Shown here in pieces: positions 43,104 through 55,057 of a stretch of DNA of 64,000 bases. Under the pieces are notes generated by a model that saw only the letters and a program-made list of their open reading frames with translations, searched no databases and was not told the origin of the DNA. The stretch is from Auanema rhodensis (Eukaryota > Animalia > Nematoda): NCBI GenBank assembly GCA_964057225.1, contig OZ059900.1:8308001-8372000 (forward strand), given 5' to 3'. Made by a program: the position numbers and the translations under genes. The first letter of the stretch is position 1. Every line of letters begins with the position of its first letter.

Positions 43104-46100
43104 TTGACTATTTTTACATATATATGTCCAATTTTAACCACTTTGGTCAAAAAGGACCGAAAATATCAAGAATTATTGGTTTTTTGGGGTTTGAAGGACA
43201 TTTTGGCTAAATCAGTCAAACTTTTGATCTTAAGCATATTTTTTTCTTCTAAAACGACTAAATGTATGAAATACTGTCATAGAATGTTCATATAGGTGTA
43301 TTTTGCACGAATATCAAAACTGATTGAAATATGGGCCTTTTTATGCTCAAAACGCCATATCTTCAACGATTTTGGGTACAAAACATGTGAAAACTGTATG
43401 TTTTGATCAGACCCTTTGAGATATGGATTTGAAATTCAGGATTCATAAACTTTGACTATTTTTACATAAATATGTTCAATTTTAACCACTTTGGTCAAAA
43501 AGGACCGAAAATATCAAGAATTATTGGTTTTTTGGGGATTGAAGGGCATTTTGGCAAAATCAGTCAAACTTTTGATCTTAAGCATATTTTTTTCTTCTAA
43601 AACGACTAAATGTATGAAATACTGTCATAGAATGTTCATATAGGTGTATTTTGCACGAATATCAAAACTGATTGAAATATGGGCCTTTTTATGCTCAAAA
43701 CGCCATATATTCAACGATTTTGGGTACAAAACATGTGAAAACTGTATGTTTTGATCAGACCCTTTGAGATATGGATTTGAAATTCAGGATTCATAAACTT
43801 TGACTATTTTTACATAAATATGTTCAATTTTAACCACTTTGGTCAAAAAGGACCGAAAATATCAAGAATTATTGGTTTTTTGGGGTTTGAAGGGCATTTT
43901 GGCTAAATCAGTCAAACTTTTGATCTTAAGCATATTTTTTTCTTCTAAAACGACTAAATGTATGAAATACTGTCATAGAATGTTCATATAGGTGTATTTT
44001 GCACGAATATCAAAACTGATTGAAATATGGGCCTTTTTATGCTCAAAACGCCATATATTCAACGATTTTGGGTACAAAACATGTGAAAACTGTATGTTTT
44101 GATCAGACCCTTTGAGATATGGATTTGAAATTCAGGATTCATAAACTTTGACTATTTTTACATATATATGTTCAATTTTAACCACTTTGGTCAAAAAGGA
44201 CCGAAAATATCAAGAATTATTGGTTTTTTGGGGATTGAAGGGCATTTTGGCAAAATCAGTCAAACTTTTGATCTTAAGCATATTTTTTTCTTCTAAAACG
44301 ACTAAATGTATGGAATACTGTCATAGAATGTTGATAGAGGTGTATTTTGCACGAATATCGAAACTGATTGAAATATGGGCCTTTTTATGCTCAAAACGCC
44401 ATATATTCAACGATTTTGGGTACAAAACATGTGAAAACTGTATGTTTTGATCAGACCCTTTGAGATATGGATTTGAAATTCAGGATTCATAAACTTCGAC
44501 TATTTTTACATATATATGTCCAATTTTAACCACTTTGGTCAAAAAGGACCGAAAATATCAAGAATTATTGGTTTTTTGGGGTTTGAAGGGCATTTTGGCT
44601 AAATCAGTCAAACTTTTGATCTTAAGCATATTTTTTTCTTCTAAAACGACTAAATGTATGAAATACTGTCTAAGAATGTTCATATAGGTGTATTTTGCAC
44701 GAATATCAAAACTGATTGAAATATGGGCCTTTTTATGCTCAAAACGCCATATATTCAACGATTTTGGGTACAAAACATGTGAAAACTGTATGTTTTGATC
44801 AGACCCTTTGAGATATGGATTTGAAATTCAGGATTCATAAACGTTGACTATTTTTACATATATATGTCCAATTTTAACCACTTTGGTCAAAAAGGACCGA
44901 AAATATCAAGAATTATTGGTTTTTTGGGGTTTGAAGGACATTTTGGCTAAATCAGTCAAACTTTTGATCTTAAGCATATTTTTTTCTTCTAAAACGACTA
45001 AATGTATGAAATACTGTCATAGAATGTTCATATAGGTGTATTTTGCACGAATATCAAAACTGATTGAAATATGGGCCTTTTTATGCTCAAAACGCCATAT
45101 ATTCAACGATTTTGGGTACAAAACATGTGAAAACTGTATGTTTTGATCAGACCCTTTGAGATGTGGATTTGAAATTCAGGATTCATAAACTTTGACTATT
45201 TTTACATATATATGTCCAATTTTAACCACTTTGGTCAAAAAGGACCGAAAATATCAAGAATTATTGGTTTTTTGGGGATTGAAGGGCATTTTGGCAAAAT
45301 CAGTCAAACTTTTGATCTTAAGCATATTTTTTTCTTCTAAAACGACTAAATGTATGAAATACTGTCATAGAATGTTCATATAGGTGTATTTTGCACGAAT
45401 ATCAAAACTGATTGAAATATGGGCCTTTTTATGCTCAAAACGCCATATATTCAACGATTTTGGGTACAAAACATGTGAAAACTGTATGTTTTGATCAGAC
45501 CCTTTGAGATATGGATTTGAAATTCAGGATTCATAAACTTTGACTATTTTTACATAAATATGTTCAATTTTAACCACTTTGGTCAAAAAGGACCGAAAAT
45601 ATCAAGAATTATTGGTTTTTTGGGGTTTGAAGGGCATTTTGGCTAAATCAGTCAAACTTTTGATCTTAAGCATATTTTTTTCTTCTAAAACGACTAAATG
45701 TATGAAATACTGTCATAGAATGTTCATATAGGTGTATTTTGCACGAATATCAAAACTGATTGAAATATGGGCCTTTTTATGCTCAAAACGCCATATATTC
45801 AACGATTTTGGGTACAAAACATGTGAAAACTGTATGTTTTGATCAGACCCTTTGAGATATGGATTTGAAATTCAGGATTTATAAACTTTGACTATTTTTA
45901 CATATATATGTTCAATTTTAACCACTTTGGTCAAAAAGGACCGAAAATATCAAGAATTATTGGTTTTTTGGGGTTTGAAGGACATTTTGGCTAAATCAGT
46001 CAAACTTTTGATCTTAAGCATATTTTTTTCTTCTAAAACGACTAAATGTATGAAATACTGTCATAGAATGTTCATATAGGTGTATTTTGCACGAATATCA

Positions 46101-47739
46101 AAACTGATTGAAATATGGGCCTTTTTATGCTCAAAACGCCATATATTCAACGATTTTGGGTACAAAACATGTGAAAACTGTATGTTTTGATCAGACCCTT
46201 TGAGATATGGATTTGAAATTCAGGATTTATAAACTTTGACTATTTTTACATATATATGTTCAATTTTAACCACTTTGGTCAAAAAGGACCGAAAATATCA
46301 AGAATTATTGGTTTTTTGGGGTTTGAAGGACATTTTGGCTAAATCAGTCAAACTTTTGATCTTAAGCATATTTTTTTCTTCTAAAACGACTAAATGTATG
46401 AAATACTGTCATAGAATGTTCATATAGGTGTATTTTGCACGAATATCAAAACTGATTGAAATATGGGCCTTTTTATGCTCAAAACGCCATATATTCAACG
46501 ATTTTGGGTACAAAACATGTGAAAACTGTATGTTTTGATCAGACCCTTTGAGATATGGATTTGAAATTCAGGATTTATAAACTTTGACTATTTTTACATA
46601 AATATGTTCAATTTTAACCACTTTGGTCAAAAAGGACCGAAAATATCAAGAATTATTGGTTTTTTGGGGTTTGAAGGGCATTTTGGCTAAATCAGTCAAA
46701 CTTTTGATCTTAAGCATATTTTTTTCTTCTAAAACGACTAAATGTATGAAATACTGTCATAGAATGTTCATATAGGTGTATTTTGCACGAATATCAAAAC
46801 TGATTGAAATATGGGCCTTTTTATGCTCAAAACGCCATATATTCAACGATTTTGGGTACAAAACATGTGAAAACTGTATGTTTTGATCAGACCCTTTGAG
46901 ATATGGATTTGAAATTCAGGATTTATAAACTTTGACTATTTTTACATATATATGTTCAATTTTAACCACTTTGGTCAAAAAGGACCGAAAATATCAAGAA
47001 TTATTGGTTTTTTGGGGTTTGAAGGACATTTTGGCTAAATCAGTCAAACTTTTGATCTTAAGCATATTTTTTTCTTCTAAAACGACTAAATGTATGAAAT
47101 ACTGTCATAGAATGTTCATATAGGTGTATTTTGCACGAATATCAAAACTGATTGAAATATGGGCCTTTTTATGCTCAAAACGCCATATATTCAACGATTT
47201 TGGGTACAAAACATGTGAAAACTGTATGTTTTGATCAGACCCTTTGAGATATGGATTTGAAATTCAGGATTCATAAACTTTGACTATTTTTACATAAATA
47301 TGTTCAATTTTAACCACTTTGGTCAAAAAGGACCGACAATATCAAGAATTATTGGTTTTTTGGGGTTTGAAGGGCATTTTGGCAAAATCAGTCAAACTTT
47401 TGATCTTAAGCATATTTTTTTCTTCTAAAACGACTAAATGTATGGAATACTGTCATAGAATGTTCATATAGGTGTATTTTGCACGAATATCAAAACTGAT
47501 TGAAATATGGGCCTTTTTATGCTCAAAACGCCATATATTCAACGATTTTGGGTACAAAACATGTGAAAACTGTATGTTTTGATCAGACCCTTTGAGATAT
47601 GGATTTGAAATTCAGGATTCATAAACTTCGACTATTTTTACATATATATGTCCAATTTTAACCACTTTGGTCAAAAAGGACCGAAAATATCAAGAATTAT
47701 TGGTTTTTTGGGGATTGAAGGGCATTTTGGCAAAATCAG

Positions 47740-50700
47740 TCAAACTTTTGATCTTAAGCATATTTTTTTCTTCTAAAACGACTAAATGTATGAAATACTG
47801 TCATAGAATGTTCATATAGGTGTATTTTGCACGAATATCAAAACTGATTGAAATATGGGCCTTTTTATGCTCAAAACGCCATATATTCAACGATTTTGGG
47901 TACAAAACATGTGAAAACTGTATGTTTTGATCAGACCCTTTGAGATATGGATTTGAATTTCAGGATTCATAAACTTTGACTATTTTTACATAAATATGTT
48001 CAATTTTAACCACTTTGGTCAAAAAGGACCGAAAATATCAAGAATTATTGGTTTTTTGGGGTTTGAAGGGCATTTTGGCTAAATCAGTCAAACTTTTGAT
48101 CTTAAGCATATTTTTTTCTTCTAAAACGACTAAATGTATGAAATACTGTCATAGAATGTTCATATAGGTGTATTTTGCACGAATATCAAAACTGATTGAA
48201 ATATGGGCCTTTTTATGCTCAAAACGCCATATATTCAACGATTTTGGGTACAAAACATGTGAAAACTGTATGTTTTGATCAGACCCTTTGAGATATGGAT
48301 TTGAAATTCAGGATTCATAAACTTTGACTATTTTTACATATATATGTTCAATTTTAACCACTTTGGTCAAAAAGGACCGAAAATATCAAGAATTATTGGT
48401 TTTTTGGGGTTTGAAGGACATTTTGGCTAAATCAGTCAAACTTTTGATCTTAAGCATATTTTTTCTTCTAAAACGACTAAATGTATGAAATACTGTCATA
48501 GAATGTTCATATAGGTGTATTTTGCACGAATATCAAAACTGATTGAAATATGGGCCTTTTTATGCTCAAAACGCCATATATTCAACGATTTTGGGTACAA
48601 AACATGTGAAAACTGTATGTTTTGATCAGACCCTTTGAGATATGGATTTGAAATTCAGGATTCATAAACTTTGACTATTTTTACATAAATATGTTCAATT
48701 TTAACCACTTTGGTCAAAAAGGACCGAAAATATCAAGAATTATTGGTTTTTTGGGGTTTGAAGGGCATTTTGGCTAAATCAGTCAAACTTTTGATCTTAA
48801 GCATATTTTTTTCTTCTAAAACGACTAAATGTATGAAATACTGTCATTGAATGTTCATATAGGTGTATTTTGCACGAATATCAAAACTGATTGAAATATG
48901 GGCCTTTTTATGCTCAAAACGCCATATATTCAACGATTTTGGGTACAAAACATGTGAAAACTGTATGTTTTGATCAGACCCTTTGAGATATGGATTTGAA
49001 ATTCAGGATTCATAAACTTCGACTATTTTCACATATATATGTTCAATTTTAACCACTTTGGTCAAAAAGGACCGAAAATATCAAGAATTATTGGTTTTTT
49101 GGGGATTGAAGGGCATTTTGGCAAAATCAGTCAAACTTTTGATCTTAAGCATATTTTTTTCTTCTAAAACGACTAAATGTATGAAATACTGTCATAGAAT
49201 GTTCATATAGGTGTATTTTGCACGAATATCAAAACTGATTGAAATATGGGCCTTTTTATGCTCAAAACGCCATATATTCAACGATTTTGGGTACAAAACA
49301 TGTGAAAACTGTATGTTTTGATCAGACCCTTTGAGATATGGATTTGAAATTCAGGATTCATAAACTTTGACTATTTTTACATATATATGTCTAATTTTAA
49401 CCACTTTGGTCAAAAAGGACCGAAAATATCAAGAATTATTGGTTTTTTGGGGATTGAAGGGCATTTTGGCAAAATCAGTCAAACTTTTGATCTTAAGCAT
49501 ATTTTTTTCTTCTAAAACGACTAAATGTATGAAATACTGTCATAGAATGTTCATATAGGTGTATTTTGCACGAATATCAAAACTGATTGAAATATGGGCC
49601 TTTTTATGTTCAAAACGCCATATATTCAACGATTTTGGGTACAAAACATGTGAAAACTGTATGTTTTGATCAGACCCTTTGAGATATGGATTTGAAATTC
49701 AGGATTCATAAACTTTGACTATTTTTACATAAATATGTTCAATTTTAACCACTTTGGTCAAAAAGGACCGAAAATATCAAGAATTATTGGTTTTTTGGGG
49801 TTTGAAGGGCATTTTGGCTAAATCAGTCAAACTTTTGATCTTAAGCATATTTTTTTCTTCTAAAACGACTAAATGTATGAAATACTGTCATAGAATGTTC
49901 ATATAGGTGTATTTTGCACGAATATCAAAACTGATTGAAATATGGGCCTTTTTATGCTCAAAACGCCATATATTCAACGATTTTGGGTACAAAACATGTG
50001 AAAACTGTATGTTTTGATCAGACCCTTTGAGATATGGATTTGAATTTCAGGATTCATAAACTTTGACTATTTTTACATAAATATGTTCAATTTTAACCAC
50101 TTTGGTCAAAAAGGACCGAAAATATCAAGAATTATTGGTTTTTTGGGGTTTGAAGGGCATTTTGGCTAAATCAGTCAAACTTTTGATCTTAAGCATATTT
50201 TTTTCTTCTAAAACGACTAAATGTATGAAATACTGTCATAGAATGTTCTTATAGGTGTATTTTGCACGAATATCAAAACTGATTGAAATATGGGCCTTTT
50301 TATGCTCAAAACGCCATATATTCAACGATTTAGGGTACAAAACATGTGAAAACTGTATGTTTTGATCAGACCCTTTGAGATATGGATTTGAAATTCAGGA
50401 TTCATAAACTTTGACTATTTTTACATATATATGTCCAATTTTAACCACTTTGGTCAAAAAGGACCGAAAATATCAAGAATTATTGGTTTTTTGGGGTTTG
50501 AAGGACATTTTGGCTGAATCAGTCAAACTTTTGATCTTAAGCATATTTTTTTCTTCTAAAACGACTAAATGTATGAAATACTGTCATAGAATGTTCATAT
50601 AGGTGTATTTTGCACGAATATCAAAACTGATTGAAATATGGGCCTTTTTATGCTCAAAACGCCATATATTCAACGATTTTGGGTACAAAACATGTGAAAA

Positions 50701-53700
50701 CTGTATGTTTTGATCAGACCCTTTGAGATATGGATTTGGAATTCAGGATTCATAAACTTTGACTATTTTCACATATATATGTTCAATTTTAACCACTTTG
50801 GTCAAAAAGGACCGAAAATATCAAGAATTATTGGTTTTTTGGGGTTTGAAGGACATTTTGGCTAATTTCAGGATTCATAAACTTTGACTATTTTTACATA
50901 AATATGTTCAATTTTAACCACTTTGGTCAAAAAGGACCGAAAATATCAAGAATTATTGGTTTTTTGGGGTTTGAAGGGCATTTTGGCTAAATCAGTCAAA
51001 CTTTTGATCTTAAGCATATTTTTTTCTTCTAAAACGACTAAATGTATGAAATACTGTCATAGAATGTTCATATAGGTGTATTTTGCACGAATATCAAAAC
51101 TGATTGAAATATGGGCCTTTTTATGCTCAAAACGCCATATATTCAACGATTTTGGGTACAAAACATGTGAAAACTGTATGTTTTGATCAGACCCTTTGAG
51201 ATATGGATTTGAATTTCAGGATTCATAAACTTTGACTATTTTTACATAAATATGTTCAATTTTAACCACTTTGGTCAAAAAGGACCGAAAATATCAAGAA
51301 TTATTGGTTTTTTGGGGTTTGAAGGGCATTTTGGCTAAATCAGTCAAACTTTTGATCTTAAGCATATTTTTTTCTTCTAAAACGACTAAATGTATGAAAT
51401 ACTGTCATAGAATGTTCATATAGGTGTATTTTGCACGAATATCAAAACTGATTGAAATATGGGCCTTTTTATGCTCAAAACGCCATATATTCAACGATTT
51501 TGGGTACAAAACATGTGAAAACTGTATGTTTTGATCAGACCCTTTGAGATATGGATTTGAAATTCAGGATTCATAAACTTTGACTATTTTTACATATATA
51601 TGTTCAATTTTAACCACTTTGGTCAAAAAGGACCGAAAATATCAAGAATTATTGGTTTTTTGGGGTTTGAAGGACATTTTGGCTAAATCAGTCAAACTTT
51701 TGATCTTAAGCATATTTTTTCTTCTAAAACGACTAAATGTATGAAATACTGTCATAGAATGTTCATATAGGTGTATTTTGCACGAATATCAAAACTGATT
51801 GAAATATGGGCCTTTTTATGCTCAAAACGCCATATATTCAACGATTTTGGGTACAAAACATGTGAAAACTGTATGTTTTGATCAGACCCTTTGAGATATG
51901 GATTTGAAATTCAGGATTCATAAACTTTGACTATTTTTACATAAATATGTTCAATTTTAACCACTTTGGTCAAAAAGGACCGAAAATATCAAGAATTATT
52001 GGTTTTTTGGGGTTTGAAGGGCATTTTGGCTAAATCAGTCAAACTTTTGATCTTAAGCATATTTTTTTCTTCTAAAACGACTAAATGTATGAAATACTGT
52101 CATTGAATGTTCATATAGGTGTATTTTGCACGAATATCAAAACTGATTGAAATATGGGCCTTTTTATGCTCAAAACGCCATATATTCAACGATTTTGGGT
52201 ACAAAACATGTGAAAACTGTATGTTTTGATCAGACCCTTTGAGATATGGATTTGAAATTCAGGATTCATAAACTTCGACTATTTTCACATATATATGTTC
52301 AATTTTAACCACTTTGGTCAAAAAGGACCGAAAATATCAAGAATTATTGGTTTTTTGGGGATTGAAGGGCATTTTGGCAAAATCAGTCAAACTTTTGATC
52401 TTAAGCATATTTTTTTCTTCTAAAACGACTAAATGTATGAAATACTGTCATAGAATGTTCATATAGGTGTATTTTGCACGAATATCAAAACTGATTGAAA
52501 TATGGGCCTTTTTATGCTCAAAACGCCATATATTCAACGATTTTGGGTACAAAACATGTGAAAACTGTATGTTTTGATCAGACCCTTTGAGATATGGATT
52601 TGAAATTCAGGATTCATAAACTTTGACTATTTTTACATATATATGTCTAATTTTAACCACTTTGGTCAAAAAGGACCGAAAATATCAAGAATTATTGGTT
52701 TTTTGGGGATTGAAGGGCATTTTGGCAAAATCAGTCAAACTTTTGATCTTAAGCATATTTTTTTCTTCTAAAACGACTAAATGTATGAAATACTGTCATA
52801 GAATGTTCATATAGGTGTATTTTGCACGAATATCAAAACTGATTGAAATATGGGCCTTTTTATGTTCAAAACGCCATATATTCAACGATTTTGGGTACAA
52901 AACATGTGAAAACTGTATGTTTTGATCAGACCCTTTGAGATATGGATTTGAAATTCAGGATTCATAAACTTTGACTATTTTTACATAAATATGTTCAATT
53001 TTAACCACTTTGGTCAAAAAGGACCGAAAATATCAAGAATTATTGGTTTTTTGGGGTTTGAAGGGCATTTTGGCTAAATCAGTCAAACTTTTGATCTTAA
53101 GCATATTTTTTTCTTCTAAAACGACTAAATGTATGAAATACTGTCATAGAATGTTCATATAGGTGTATTTTGCACGAATATCAAAACTGATTGAAATATG
53201 GGCCTTTTTATGCTCAAAACGCCATATATTCAACGATTTTGGGTACAAAACATGTGAAAACTGTATGTTTTGATCAGACCCTTTGAGATATGGATTTGAA
53301 TTTCAGGATTCATAAACTTTGACTATTTTTACATAAATATGTTCAATTTTAACCACTTTGGTCAAAAAGGACCGAAAATATCAAGAATTATTGGTTTTTT
53401 GGGGTTTGAAGGGCATTTTGGCTAAATCAGTCAAACTTTTGATCTTAAGCATATTTTTTTCTTCTAAAACGACTAAATGTATGAAATACTGTCATAGAAT
53501 GTTCTTATAGGTGTATTTTGCACGAATATCAAAACTGATTGAAATATGGGCCTTTTTATGCTCAAAACGCCATATATTCAACGATTTTGGGTACAAAACA
53601 TGTGAAAACTGTATGTTTTGATCAGACCCTTTGAGATATGGATTTGAAATTCAGGATTCATAAACTTTGACTATTTTTACATATATATGTCCAATTTTAA

Positions 53701-53994
53701 CCACTTTGGTCAAAAAGGACCGAAAATATCAAGAATTATTGGTTTTTTGGGGTTTGAAGGACATTTTGGCTGAATCAGTCAAACTTTTGATCTTAAGCAT
53801 ATTTTTTTCTTCTAAAACGACTAAATGTATGAAATACTGTCATAGAATGTTCATATAGGTGTATTTTGCACGAATATCAAAACTGATTGAAATATGGGCC
53901 TTTTTATGCTCAAAACGCCATATATTCAACGATTTTGGGTACAAAACATGTGAAAACTGTATGTTTTGATCAGACCCTTTGAGATATGGATTTG
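47740..53994. repeat. ~8.5-monomer block duplicated at +3256 bp, with the truncated monomer between the copies
   Basis: GAATTT 47958/51214, the T6 deletion 48459/51715, CATTGAATG, TTCGAC+TTTTC, TGTCTA (ORFs 49367/52623), TTCTTATAG and GCTGAATC (ORFs 50411/53667) all recur at +3256 = 9x348+125-1. Confidence 0.9.
50759..50883. repeat. Truncated 125-bp monomer (223-bp internal deletion), junction GGCTAA|TTTCAGG at ~50865
   Basis: The sequence reads ...GGACATTTTGGCTAATTTCAGGATTCATAAACTTTGAC..., joining monomer position ~57 to ~281. Successive TTGAC landmarks at 50759 and 50884 are 125 bp apart. Confidence 0.95.
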
Positions 53995-55057
53995 AAATTC
54001 AGGAATCATAAACTTTGACTATTTTTACATATATATGTCTAATTTTAACCACTTTGGTCAAAAAGGACCGAAAATATCAAGAATTATTGGTTTTTTGGGG
54101 ATTGAAGGGCATTTTGGCAAAATCAGTCAAACTTTTGATCTTAAGCATATTTTTTTCTTCTAAAACGACTAAATGTATGAAATACTGTCATAGAATGTTC
54201 ATATAGGTGTATTTTGCACGAATATCAAAACTGATTGAAATATGGGCCTTTTTATGCTCAAAACGCCATATATTCAACGATTTTGGGTACAAAACATGTG
54301 AAAACTGTATGTTTTGATCAGACCCTTTGAGATATGGATTTGAAATTCAGGATTCATAAACTTTGACTATTTTTACATAAATATGTTCAATTTTAACCAC
54401 TTTGGTCAAAAAGGACCGAAAATATCAAGAATTATTGGTTTTTTGGGGTTTGAAGGGCATTTTGGCTAAATCAGTCAAACTTTTGATCTTAAGCATATTT
54501 TTTTCTTCTAAAACGACTAAATGTATGAAATACTGTCATAGAATGTTCATATAGGTGTATTTTGCACGAATATCAAAACTGATTGAAATATGGGCCTTTT
54601 TATGCTCAAAACGCCATATATTCAACGATTTTGGGTACAAAACATGTGAAAACTGTATGTTTTGATCAGACCCTTTGAGATATGGATTTGAAATTCAGGA
54701 TTCATAAACTTTGACTATTTTTACATATATATGTTCAATTTTAACCACTTTGGTCAAAAAGGACCGAAAATATCAAGAATTATTGGTTTTTTGGGGTTTG
54801 AAGGACATTTTGGCTAAATCAGTCAAACTTTTGATCTTAAGCATATTTTTTCTTCTAAAACGACTAAATGTATGAAATACTGTCATAGAATGTTCATATA
54901 GGTGTATTTTGCACGAATATCAAAACTGATTGAAATATGGGCCTTTTTATGCTCAAAACGCCATATATTCAACGATTTTGGGTACAAAACATGTGAAAAC
55001 TGTATGTTTTGATCAGACCCTTTGAGATATGGATTTGAAATTCAGGATTCATAAACT

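Noticed and set aside
44558-44773. Single minus-strand 71-aa ORF
   Set aside because: It exists only because a private change (GTCATAG to GTCTAAG at ~44671) removes a minus-strand stop in one monomer.
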